A stretch of 64,000 nt of DNA from the IMG/VR virus record IMGVR_UViG_3300017705_000783, positions 1 to 64,000 of that record. One strand, 5' to 3'. The translations under genes were made by a program, and so were the position numbers. Below the pieces are notes generated by a model. It ran no database searches, had not been told where the DNA came from, and was given only the letters and a program-made list of their open reading frames with translations. Shown one piece after another: positions 35,677 to 45,276 of the stretch. This stretch comes from a virus (Duplodnaviria > Caudoviricetes). How positions within the stretch are numbered: position 1 is the first letter of the stretch; each line of letters begins with the position of its first letter.

Positions 35677-36288
35677 TTACCTTATCTTATTCAATTTATC
35701 TTTCAATAAAGTTATAAATATCTTCTCTGATTTTGCTCTTCCCATAGTCTCATTAACAGTTTTTTGAATAAACTCTGAGTCTACTGATTCTTTAACAAGA
35801 CCTGGAAAGGCACCCTTTGTAGATGGATCAGCTACTAAATCAAAAGTTAGAAGTTTGAAATCCTCATTTACGTGCTTATACCCTTCTACGTCTTCCGTTA
35901 GAGTACCCATTCCGCGAGAAGATATACCAAGCATAACACCTCCCCTTAAAAGAGCCTGTGCAGTCTGTCCTGCTGGCGTATTAAGGAGTTCTGCCTCCCC
36001 TATCATCTCATTCCCGTTCATCTTTAAATTAGTAACTAAGTGAGAGACATTCTGAAGGCTTACATGGTCGTGGGTTGGGTGATCTAATTCTCCCATGAGT
36101 CTTCTACCCTTATAAGCTTCTGCTAATCTCTCAGCCTCACGCTCTAATATCTCTTTACTGTAAACTCTTTTGTTGTTATTAGCGGACTCTGCCATCTGAA
36201 ATCTGCCACGGATGCACATAACGCCCGTGGACTTAGATTCGCTGATAATCTGAACATTCTCTAATAAGTTAGTATCTGTTAGTAACAT
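35677..36288 (-). CDS. gp21: Prohead protease (gp21-like)
   Basis: N.NKRVYS, GELDHP, VSH, LNTPAG, GISSRGMG, FDLVADPS..GAF. Confidence 0.95.
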   Translation of the reverse strand: MLLTDTNLLENVQIISESKSTGVMCIRGRFQMAESANNNKRVYSKEILEREAERLAEAYKGRRLMGELDHPTHDHVSLQNVSHLVTNLKMNGNEMIGEAELLNTPAGQTAQALLRGGVMLGISSRGMGTLTEDVEGYKHVNEDFKLLTFDLVADPSTKGAFPGLVKESVDSEFIQKTVNETMGRAKSEKIFITLLKDKLNKIR

Positions 36289-36821
36289 TAAACTGTCCCA
36301 TTTCTTTTTTCTTTTAATAAGATCCTCTTAATTAGAGTTAAGAGGGGAAGGATCTCGGAGAGCTTTTTGCTTCCTTGTAGAGCCTTCTTTCTTTCTTCTA
36401 AATTATCATCATCTCTAGGGGTTAGAGCTGTTTTTACTCTATCTTTCCCTATATCTATTGCCTTCTCTTTTGCTTTACCTACAACAACCTTTCCTACCTT
36501 TTTAGCTCCTGCTAAAACAGTGGACCCTCCCGCTTTTACTGCCTTTGCTGCTGTTTTACCTACAGTCTTTGCTGCTGTTTTACCTACAGTCTTTGCTGCT
36601 GTTGCGGCGGTTCTAGCTGCCATCTGTGCAGCGGTCAACCCAACTCTACCCACTGCTGCTATCCCTGCTCCTATAGCGGGTAGAATTTCATGTAAAGATT
36701 CTACCTTTTCTCTAAGGATTTCAAGGTCTTCATTGGTTAAATCTTTACCTTTATAATTAGAATTCTCATTCAAAAAAGTATCAATATAGGATTTTTGCTC
36801 TACAAGAGATTTAAGTCCCAT
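36288..36821 (-). CDS. Putative internal head protein with Ala/Lys/Thr repeats
   Basis: AAKTVGKT tandem repeat, many LxE sites, located in the prohead operon. Confidence 0.55.
   Translation of the reverse strand: MGLKSLVEQKSYIDTFLNENSNYKGKDLTNEDLEILREKVESLHEILPAIGAGIAAVGRVGLTAAQMAARTAATAAKTVGKTAAKTVGKTAAKAVKAGGSTVLAGAKKVGKVVVGKAKEKAIDIGKDRVKTALTPRDDDNLEERKKALQGSKKLSEILPLLTLIKRILLKEKRNGTV
36543..36603. repeat. 24-bp tandem direct repeat, about 2.5 copies (encodes AAKTVGKT)
   Basis: ctttgctgctgttttacctacagt at 36543 and 36567, partial copy at 36591. Confidence 0.9.
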
Positions 36822-37923
36822 GAATCTTCGTCCTAAGGGCTTTTCTACCCGCAGATCCTGCTAGGTTGCTTGCTGTCGTAACTCCTGTAGATGCTACTTT
36901 GGTGGCTGCTGCTGTTGTCTTTAATGCTCCTTTGGCTGCGAGTCCTGTTGTCTTTACTGCTCCTTTGGCTGCGAGTTTTGTTCCCTTTGCTCCTAATTTG
37001 GCTGTTCCTACTACTCCTTTAGCTGCGAGTCCTACTCCCTTTCCTCCTACTTCAGCGGCCTTTTTTCCCATCCTAAGTGCTGCGGCTTTCTGCGCTGGCC
37101 CAGTCCATGCGCCAAAGCTTCTAGCTTCCGCTTCCTCCCCTGCACTCTTTTTGGCGAGGGCAGCATCGTCCTTCTTTTTCCATATAGCTTTGGCAGCGTC
37201 CAAAGTCGATCCACCCGCGTCGATTTTCTTTTGGAGTTCGCTCCTTTTATCCTCCCGCTCGGGCTTCTCGTCGTCATCTGTGTCTAATCCTGCGCCAAAA
37301 TCGTCTGGTGTTTTGTCTCCATAGCTTCGGGCTTTCTTATCAGCTATCTTCTTTTTTTCAGCAGCAGTATGGATTCCAGTGCCAAACGGCGCGTCAGCTA
37401 ACTCATCTAACTTTTCTTTTAAAAATGCAACTTTTTCTACGAACAAGTCCCATTCAGAGATAGGTTGGTAGCTCTCTCCCACAGTAGCCTTAGTTTGTCC
37501 TTCTTCTTTCTTTCTTCCTGCGCCATACTTCTTAGAAAGTGTTTTAGATTTTTTAGCTCCATGCTTTATAGCAGTTCTAACGGAATGAGCTTTTATACTA
37601 GGCCAAGAAGATCCAGGAGTAGAGGATCCAGGAGTGAAACCCTTAGCGATCTTAGTATTTCCCCCTGCGGTACTTTTTGCACCCCAATCAGGTTTAGAAA
37701 TAACATACAAACGATCAGCACCTTTGGTAGAGAAGATAGTACCATAGGAAGCCCCACTATTTAATGCAGCCTCGATAGTATCAAATATTCTAACACGGGA
37801 TTTCTTAGCTTGGACAGAACCTTTTTTGGAACCTTTTGATGTGTACTTCTCTCTTCCCTTTTTAGAGCCCATCCCTGATTCAGCTCGGCCCTCATTTATT
37901 TCTTTTAAGAGATCAATAAACAT
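36811..37923 (-). CDS. Putative basic internal head protein with an AAKG repeat tail
   Basis: Lys/Gly/Ala-rich; LLKEINE, ISE and LDE sites; C-terminal GLAAKG repeats. Confidence 0.55.
   Translation of the reverse strand: MFIDLLKEINEGRAESGMGSKKGREKYTSKGSKKGSVQAKKSRVRIFDTIEAALNSGASYGTIFSTKGADRLYVISKPDWGAKSTAGGNTKIAKGFTPGSSTPGSSWPSIKAHSVRTAIKHGAKKSKTLSKKYGAGRKKEEGQTKATVGESYQPISEWDLFVEKVAFLKEKLDELADAPFGTGIHTAAEKKKIADKKARSYGDKTPDDFGAGLDTDDDEKPEREDKRSELQKKIDAGGSTLDAAKAIWKKKDDAALAKKSAGEEAEARSFGAWTGPAQKAAALRMGKKAAEVGGKGVGLAAKGVVGTAKLGAKGTKLAAKGAVKTTGLAAKGALKTTAAATKVASTGVTTASNLAGSAGRKALRTKIHGT
36913..37032. repeat. 33-bp imperfect tandem repeat (LAAKGAxKTTx) plus a degenerate third copy
   Basis: tgttgtcttta(a/c)tgctcctttggctgcgagt at 36913 and 36946; ctcctttagctgcgagtcc at 37014. 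Confidence 0.8.
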
Positions 37924-37936
37924 TTTATATTACTAC

Positions 37937-38296
37937 CTAAAGCTTAAGTTTTTTTGCTAAAAGAGCCGTTAAGGGATCCTTCTTGGGCTCTGGTTTTCGG
38001 GTTCTTTGAGCCTTCGCGGGTCCTACACCTATAGCACCAACCGTTGTCATCTCATCAATCTTCTCTTGAAGAGAATCGAAACGAGAATTAATCTTGTCAA
38101 ATTCTTCAAACATCAAGGTTAGAAGTTCTACAATTTTTCCATCATTAGATACAGGGGCGGGAATAGGAGCAGCAGGTATACTTTCATGGATACTCGTTTC
38201 TTCTACCTCTTTCTCCATGGGAGAAGTAGTTTCTAAAATTTGATTAATGAAAGAATCGGGAACCTGAACTTGTGAAATATCATAATCCTCATTCAT
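37937..38296 (-). CDS. Hypothetical protein in the prohead core operon
   Basis: 119 aa; ILE, IHE and IDE sites; IDEMTTVGAIGVG. Confidence 0.55.
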   Translation of the reverse strand: MNEDYDISQVQVPDSFINQILETTSPMEKEVEETSIHESIPAAPIPAPVSNDGKIVELLTLMFEEFDKINSRFDSLQEKIDEMTTVGAIGVGPAKAQRTRKPEPKKDPLTALLAKKLKL

Positions 38297-38305
38297 GATG
38301 ATTAC

Positions 38306-38596
38306 TTACTCCTCTTCAGCTTCTTCTTCGCCCTCTTCGGTTTCCTCTTCCTCTTTGCCTTCACTAGCTTCCTCTAAAATCGAAGAATGAAGAAGGGAAA
38401 CGAACTCAAGTATAACCTCTCTATCAAGCCCCTCTAAGAGCTTAATAGCTAGATCCCTTGCGCTAGGACCTGCTTCTTCCGTAATCTCTGTGGCTTCATC
38501 AATAGAACCAACATTAACACCCGTTCTACCCCATACGCTACTCTCTAGCAATGCATTAACAAAATCATCACTAACTAAATTATTATTTGAACTCAT
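38306..38596 (-). CDS. Acidic prohead core protein (gp67/68-like)
   Basis: Start placed at MSSNN (ATG 38596, GGAG SD); poly-Glu tail; LLES, IDE, ITE and ILE sites. Confidence 0.45.
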   Translation of the reverse strand: MSSNNNLVSDDFVNALLESSVWGRTGVNVGSIDEATEITEEAGPSARDLAIKLLEGLDREVILEFVSLLHSSILEEASEGKEEEETEEGEEEAEEE

Positions 38597-38628
38597 CTTA
38601 GTCTCCAAAGTTATATGGGCAAATGCCA

Positions 38629-38656
38629 TATTTATAATTATCACTACTATTATTTA
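38629..38656 (-). promoter_or_regulatory. Late promoter motifs (TATAAATA at 38629-38636; TAAATA at 38651-38656) upstream of the head operon
   Basis: Exact T4 late consensus at the start of the head-core operon. Confidence 0.5.
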
Positions 38657-38688
38657 CCATACTATTAAAGTATTGTAAATTTTTTTAT

Positions 38689-38991
38689 TTATCCTGCATA
38701 AACTTTAATATTTCCTGCTGGGTTTACTATTGTAAGGGCACCACACGCCCTTTTATCTCCTCTTCTGTGGACTCCTATGCCTCGTGTAAAAACCTTCAAA
38801 GAAGCGGTTATAACTTCAGGAGCGCAATCAATCGGGCTCGTCACGCAGTTGGCATCAGGAAGCGACAAATCCCCAAAAAGAATAATGGGAATACCTCTAC
38901 AATTTACTTTAATCTGACTGGGAATTAAAGCCCCTCCGCCGTGCGAGTTAAGGTCAGCACCTGTTGATATAGTTCTTATCGCCATCAGCAA
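38689..38991 (-). CDS. PAAR-repeat spike tip protein (gp5.4-like)
   Basis: D..SHG, V...G.P....GD, KVF..G.GVHRRGD..ACG. Confidence 0.8.
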   Translation of the reverse strand: MLMAIRTISTGADLNSHGGGALIPSQIKVNCRGIPIILFGDLSLPDANCVTSPIDCAPEVITASLKVFTRGIGVHRRGDKRACGALTIVNPAGNIKVYAG

Positions 38992-41768
38992 TCCCTTTCC
39001 TTAGCTTTATCCATATATAGCGCACTCTCTATAAAATCTATACCAGACGCATTTCTTGGGTTTGCTACAGTACCACTATACTCAAAAGTTGATGCGATTG
39101 GAATATTCCACGTTGGAGCCCCTGGCACATAATTATGTAGGTAAGTCTTTTCCTGGGCATTATTAGGCATATAAAATAATCTAAGGTCAAAGAACTGTCG
39201 CCGCTCATATGGTGGAGCATAATCGGCAGTTAACTGTTGGAATAAATCATCTCTAAAGGAAAATAAGAATTCATGGAACTCAAATATATTAAGAGATCTC
39301 CAAACATCAAATAGTGGAAGACCGTACTGAGCCCCAACAGGGAACGGAGGGGGGTATTGTGTATACGGAGGATTTAAAGAGCCCCACAATCTCGTAATCG
39401 CGGTATCATAATAACTACATACATCCCCTATGAAATCCCATACCTTTCTTATCGGGTCTACTCTTCTATTTCTTTCAAAACTTGACAGTAAGTAGTTGGT
39501 GCGAGTGTATTCCTCTGTGGTACCCGAAGGATCAGTCCATACATCAAAAGATTCATGGACATTGGATGCTGAGAACTGCATCTTATAAGGTTGCATAGCC
39601 GTACCTTGAGGTCCATAAGGAAATTTATCAATCTCTATCCCGCTGAAACCTGTGGGTGGGGAGATAGCCTCATCATTAGTAACAAGATCTAAGTAATTTG
39701 AATTTAGAACATCTTCTGTTGGGGCGGGTACAAATTTTAGTTCCCTCACTATGCCATCATCCCCACGAAAGGGATTATAGCCCGATGGTGAAACCATCTT
39801 TGTTATCCTTGATTTCCCTACAAATGGATTCTTCTCTGGTTGGTCTGTGGGAACTACTAAAATATGATAAGGGATTCTTCTTGGGTACCTCTCATCTGAG
39901 TCCATAATACCATCTATATTTAAATCAGGTATTGTAGCTGATAGGTTAATAACATGCCCTACTCTTTGGGTAACTCCCCCCGTGTTAGTCGCAGCCCACA
40001 CGCCTTGTAAGTAATATAAGAACGGGTCATCATTTTCAACAAAACAAACATTCCCTGGCCCAGAAATAAATCTAACAGCTCTATCTACCATTCTAGTCTG
40101 TCCCCCCGCAGCTACAACTCCCCCTATGGTATTAAGAAATGCTCCGTTGGATTCTATTTTATATGGTAGTGTTGTAGTTTTAACATAAGGGTTATCGGGA
40201 TCAACCGTGGAAGATAGAGTATCAATTCCAGACAGGTTAGGAGTTAATAAGTACCAATTCGTAAGAGGTGGCTTCCCCTGCGCTTGGCCTAATGCCCCAT
40301 CAGCATACTTGAATTCTAACCCACTAGTATAAGGTGCGCTTACTGTTAGTTTTATATAAGGATCTGTGTCGAAGCCTCCTGCTGGGGCACCAGAAACGGC
40401 TCCCAATACACCTAGCAATTGAGTTCTATCCATGGTATCAAATACATAAGAACGGTCTCTATCACTGCACAAGGAGACGAAGCAACCAGAAGTACAGCAG
40501 TTACACCCACTTTGATATCTTGGAGTCTCATCTAAGTATACATGTGACCCACTATTATTAAATACTCTTAGATGTTCAGCGTTTATATAATGAACCCTAG
40601 CTGTAGTGCCATCAGGTCTATGAGTAGATATAGTGTCATCATCATTTACTTTGATTGATTGGATCATTTCATCTGCTTTAACAGCCAATCCAGCTATATT
40701 ATAAAAGCTTCCCCCAAGACTCGTTACTAGAGCAGAAGTGGCGGCCCCGTTGTCTCTGTATACCCTTGCTCTAAGATTTATATCAGAGGGAACAAACTTC
40801 CAGTATTGCTTTAAAACATTGTTGGTAAGTCTTTGGCCCGATTGTCCCGAATTAAACCTTCTTCTTGTCTCAGAAATATATGTTTTAGAATTTCCTAGAT
40901 TTATAGAAGAGGTTGTGCCAAATCCCAACTGAGAGGGAAGAGATGAAACTGTATTTATTATGGTAACTGCTTTCCCGAGATATGCTTGTTCAGAGAAAGA
41001 TTTTATTTTTTCCATCTTTCCTTCTGGGAAATACTTATTGAACTGTCCTATGAGGATGCTCTTTGTTATAGCTGCCATATATTTATTTCTAAATTTACTA
41101 TAACTAGTTACGTTTTTATATTTTATACTTTCTAAAAATGTTTCTACTCCGTTAGAAATAGAATCATAAATAAAAGAACTATTTTTTAAAAGATAAAATA
41201 TTTGTTCATTGTACGGAACCTTATTTGTTGGAGATCTCCAAACATAATTACCTAAGTTAGAACCTTGGGTAGCATAGTTCTCAAAAGTTTCATTAGGATC
41301 TTTAGATTTACTAAGAAGATCAGCTACTACAGTATTTATTTTAGGACCTAAATGAGCATTAGCAAAAGGTCGATTAGTAGTTAAACTATCATGTAGGTCT
41401 GTACAAGAGCTTATATCATTAATATAACTTCCTGATATTATTCTCCCGTTTGAACCTATTAGATAATCATTTATCTCTTGATAGGAGAATAAATTGTATT
41501 TAGGATCCCAAGCACTAGTAATAATAGAAGACACAAGGGGTCCTGGAATAACGTGGTTTGAAAACCCAGCATCGAAGTTTGCGTCTGGGACCATTCCCTC
41601 TATAAAATAAGGTAGGGGGGCACCTCCAGGATAGTGAGCATCACTCTCAGGAAAGCAAGGATCAATACATCTTATTACCTTATTAGTGCTACAATAGCAT
41701 AAGATCTCGTGACAACAATCACATACTATAGGGATTATCTCACAAGGTTGGCAATTAATTCTAGCCAT
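38985..41768 (-). CDS. Large hypothetical structural protein with a Cys-rich N-terminus
   Basis: 927 aa; CQPC..CDCC..CYC..C..C and CNCC..GC..LC clusters; lies in the tail module. Confidence 0.6.
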   Translation of the reverse strand: MARINCQPCEIIPIVCDCCHEILCYCSTNKVIRCIDPCFPESDAHYPGGAPLPYFIEGMVPDANFDAGFSNHVIPGPLVSSIITSAWDPKYNLFSYQEINDYLIGSNGRIISGSYINDISSCTDLHDSLTTNRPFANAHLGPKINTVVADLLSKSKDPNETFENYATQGSNLGNYVWRSPTNKVPYNEQIFYLLKNSSFIYDSISNGVETFLESIKYKNVTSYSKFRNKYMAAITKSILIGQFNKYFPEGKMEKIKSFSEQAYLGKAVTIINTVSSLPSQLGFGTTSSINLGNSKTYISETRRRFNSGQSGQRLTNNVLKQYWKFVPSDINLRARVYRDNGAATSALVTSLGGSFYNIAGLAVKADEMIQSIKVNDDDTISTHRPDGTTARVHYINAEHLRVFNNSGSHVYLDETPRYQSGCNCCTSGCFVSLCSDRDRSYVFDTMDRTQLLGVLGAVSGAPAGGFDTDPYIKLTVSAPYTSGLEFKYADGALGQAQGKPPLTNWYLLTPNLSGIDTLSSTVDPDNPYVKTTTLPYKIESNGAFLNTIGGVVAAGGQTRMVDRAVRFISGPGNVCFVENDDPFLYYLQGVWAATNTGGVTQRVGHVINLSATIPDLNIDGIMDSDERYPRRIPYHILVVPTDQPEKNPFVGKSRITKMVSPSGYNPFRGDDGIVRELKFVPAPTEDVLNSNYLDLVTNDEAISPPTGFSGIEIDKFPYGPQGTAMQPYKMQFSASNVHESFDVWTDPSGTTEEYTRTNYLLSSFERNRRVDPIRKVWDFIGDVCSYYDTAITRLWGSLNPPYTQYPPPFPVGAQYGLPLFDVWRSLNIFEFHEFLFSFRDDLFQQLTADYAPPYERRQFFDLRLFYMPNNAQEKTYLHNYVPGAPTWNIPIASTFEYSGTVANPRNASGIDFIESALYMDKAKERDC

Positions 41769-41780
41769 AGTACTATTTTC

Positions 41781-44129
41781 TTAAAATTTAAGCCTGCCGT
41801 ATAATGTAAACGTACTTCCTGGTTTAAATGTGGGTCTTGATCCTATTAGGGCAGGATTCCCAGGTGGGTCCCCCCCTGGCAAGTACGTACTTCCCTGATT
41901 ATAATGTTCAAAAATAGTAGAGCGGAATTTTCTAACTCCTAAACTTAGTTTTAATCCACCGAGATAATTAGTCTCAGATAGATAATCTGAATCTTCCGCA
42001 ATCCAAACTTTTGTACTATAGCTAGTATAAGAACCATTTTTATCAAACCTCACCGTGTTCGGGTACAGATTGAGGTGATCGGCGAGCCATGCTCTGAAGC
42101 AGGGGGCATGCGCTTCTTTTTGTTCCGCCGCGGTCTTCACGGTATTACATTGGGCTGCTCCCGTGGTTGATATTAAAGCAGGACCTCCTGATAGAGTATA
42201 AATTTGAGATACACACGAATGTTTACCTTCAGATAGGAGAGGGGTTAGGCCCCCCATAATTTTTTGGTCCCATCCAGTTCCCTTATAACCGCCATCCGCC
42301 CCTCCCAGCATAGTATGATAAACAGCATTAGTATCCCAATTGGCTCCGTTATCTTTTGAAAAATTAGCAGCTAAAAAATACGGAAAAGAATTCATCCACG
42401 CGCCTTCGTTGTTGCCTCCATACAACATCCAAACCCAGCTTGGATACCCTCCGAAGTCCCCCCACGACGGGAACATTCTATCGTTATCTCCAATCATAAT
42501 TGTGGAATGGAGTTCATAAGAAGAATATTTGCTATCATCAAACATTGATGTAAATATTATATCTTCAGTCGGTTCTGTTACCTCTGCATAACTTAAAGGA
42601 TGTAATGTATTGGGTGGGGTGATGGTGAGGACCCCAGCAGCTATTTTTGCATCCATCGTACCTTCTAAACAGTTAGTAACCTTAACTATTTCTGCTTGTC
42701 CAACTACTGGGTTAGCAAATGATATTGCTGGCTGGGCTGCTGCTATTCCTGCTCTTTCATTGTAAGCTAATTCAGTAGTTCTAAAGAATGGACGGATATC
42801 AATAACATTATCTTGACTAAGATTATCAGTATCTCTATCTACGACAATATAGGCTATAGGGAGAGCAGTCTGCCCTATAAGTTGTAAATCATTATCAGCC
42901 AAACCTAAAGTAAGGTTAGGAGCTATATTAACGAGATCATCTGGGGACGGGAATGATCCATGGACTATAGTGCCATTTCTCAATTTAATTCCAGTGTTAC
43001 TTCCCCCATCTGTATGATCATTCAAGTTAGCAAGTATTTTTTGCTCTCCAGGAACTATTCTCTTGTCTAACAAATCTATACCACCAGTAGGGGTACGCTT
43101 GATTCCAATACCAGCACCCCTAATAATACCCAAGCGGGGAGTAGTTATTTTTTTTGGAGTGCCTACTGCTTGGGATGCAAGTGGAATAGGATTAACTCCA
43201 TCATATTCAGACAAAGTTGCTCCCGAAGCATCTATAGGCTGCGTATACACTACTAAAAGATCTATTCTCTGAGAGGCTAAATCATCTAAAGAGGTTACCA
43301 CCTCAGATCCATTAACTTCTTCGGCGTACCAGTAGTCGTATTCACTAAATGGAGCTATCTCTATGGTCTCTCCCCTAAAATCTGCTACGGCAGTCCTAAC
43401 CACACCTCTCCAATGCTGTGTTATTTTTATGTGATTTGTGTTTAATCCTATAGTTCCATTTTGTCCAAATAAATTACTAATATCTAAGTGCCACAGGGCA
43501 GGCCATGTTTTTCCTTGTCCTAAAGTAGACTCATATTCAGGAGCACCGTATGAAGTTACACTCTTCCCAGAAATGGGGTACCCAAAATCATTCGACATGT
43601 AGAAAGTATACATGGTCTCTAAACCATTTGACCTCATTCCTCCTGCTGTGAGGCTCTCCCCAGGACAACTAGTAAAAGTTGCCGAGGTAAGTTTCTTTGT
43701 ATAAGACTCCCAAATAGAATCAAAGAACGCCGCTGTGTCATTTTGTGTCAACGATGGGGCATTAGCACAGGTAGTTTGAAGACCAAAAGAAGCTATCAAT
43801 TGAGCAAGAGAATCCTTAACATTATAAGCATCATTTACTCTAGCATTAAACCTACCCGCATTTACAGATACATACCTTCCACCAACAACCTTAGGTCTAA
43901 GTTGTTTTATATACTCTAAATCTATATCATCCCCCACAAAGAGCGGGCTCCCTGTTACGGGCTCCCCAGACGCAGGAGATATTAGACTATCTATTTGGTC
44001 TTTTACCCATAAAACATTCTCTTCCAATTGTCTAATTGGGATATTATCAACCTCATAGTAATAAGGATCATTAGCCTTATAATACCTAACAGGTTGTGAG
44101 AATAAATGATCTGTATTTGTGTATGCCAT
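41781..44129 (-). CDS. Tail fibre-like structural protein
   Basis: 782 aa; N-terminal motif shared with the 45244..47691 product; variable C-terminal region. Confidence 0.6.
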   Translation of the reverse strand: MAYTNTDHLFSQPVRYYKANDPYYYEVDNIPIRQLEENVLWVKDQIDSLISPASGEPVTGSPLFVGDDIDLEYIKQLRPKVVGGRYVSVNAGRFNARVNDAYNVKDSLAQLIASFGLQTTCANAPSLTQNDTAAFFDSIWESYTKKLTSATFTSCPGESLTAGGMRSNGLETMYTFYMSNDFGYPISGKSVTSYGAPEYESTLGQGKTWPALWHLDISNLFGQNGTIGLNTNHIKITQHWRGVVRTAVADFRGETIEIAPFSEYDYWYAEEVNGSEVVTSLDDLASQRIDLLVVYTQPIDASGATLSEYDGVNPIPLASQAVGTPKKITTPRLGIIRGAGIGIKRTPTGGIDLLDKRIVPGEQKILANLNDHTDGGSNTGIKLRNGTIVHGSFPSPDDLVNIAPNLTLGLADNDLQLIGQTALPIAYIVVDRDTDNLSQDNVIDIRPFFRTTELAYNERAGIAAAQPAISFANPVVGQAEIVKVTNCLEGTMDAKIAAGVLTITPPNTLHPLSYAEVTEPTEDIIFTSMFDDSKYSSYELHSTIMIGDNDRMFPSWGDFGGYPSWVWMLYGGNNEGAWMNSFPYFLAANFSKDNGANWDTNAVYHTMLGGADGGYKGTGWDQKIMGGLTPLLSEGKHSCVSQIYTLSGGPALISTTGAAQCNTVKTAAEQKEAHAPCFRAWLADHLNLYPNTVRFDKNGSYTSYSTKVWIAEDSDYLSETNYLGGLKLSLGVRKFRSTIFEHYNQGSTYLPGGDPPGNPALIGSRPTFKPGSTFTLYGRLKF

Positions 44130-45276
44130 TATGTATCCTTATTAAAATCAAATATATTGGGAGATCTGAACCCTAGTCCATAACCATTTCTCCAGCCGTC
44201 TGTATTTCCAAAATCACCAGTGTACGAAGATCCGTATTTAGCGTTCACGGCTCGGTAGTATGAGACCAATTTAGGTCGTCCTGATGTCCCCTTTGTAGCA
44301 TTCTTAGCGTTAGCAAAAGTGTTCATAGCAGAATCGTCCAACCAAATCCTACTCACATAAGACTCATCCAACATACCAGAAGCGTAGAAGAAGGTGGTAG
44401 ACAGGGGTTCCCCACCAGCAGCAGCAGCCGTTTGGAATCCTAACTGGTTATATATAGCACTTACTGTCGTAGGATCGGGAGTACTACAATCTCTAGATGG
44501 ATTATAGCCTTGAGCTAATTCCTGTAGTGGTTCTCCTATCTCCACAGCAGAAGGTGGGTAATCCCAAGAATAGCCAGCGTCTAAGTTAGATGAACTCTGA
44601 TAAGCTCCAGCGAAACCAGCAGTTCCACCTCTAGTATATCCTAAAAAGTGTGCCATGGGATCTACAGAGAAGTAAATTCTAAATGGTCCCTTATTAGCAA
44701 AACTTGTTCTTGCCTCTATTGCAGACACTCCTGTTGCGGTGTCTGCTGCGATGGCGGGACGCATCCCATAGGAATCAAGAACACTTAATCTTCCAGTATT
44801 AGGAGTAGCCGAAGGCGCAGCAGATAAAGCTACATGGGCCCCCCCACATCCCACTACACTAGAAACATAAAGACCGCTAGGACCATAATACCCTGTATCT
44901 CCTGGATAATTTCCACTCACAGAGATATGCGACATATGCAACCTTGAATCATCTCCTATATTCCAAATATAGAGCTTGCCGCATGTGGTGGTCGCTGGGA
45001 CTCCTGCCGAGACATCTAATGTTACTGAGGAAGCATTTTGCCAACCACAAGGGAAATGAGTGTTAAGAACTTTTACCTCACTCCCCTTATTAGCCCTTAC
45101 ACACATACCACCCCAAGAATACTTACTATATTCAGTTGGGTCAAATGTAGGTGTGTTGCTAGTATCGAGGCCACCAATAGGATCAAGAGTAGATACTAGA
45201 TAAGAAAGAGCAGTAGGATCCGTAACGTCAGTTATTCCTCTAGTTATTGGATTAGGATAAAATTGAATATAACCCC
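44129..45276 (-). CDS. C-terminal part of a tailspike-like protein, continuing the 45244..47691 ORF in the -1 frame
   Basis: The frame is open upstream of the track's ATG 45106 (GYIQFYPNPITRG...YSWGGMCVR); no SD in front of 45106. Confidence 0.7.
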
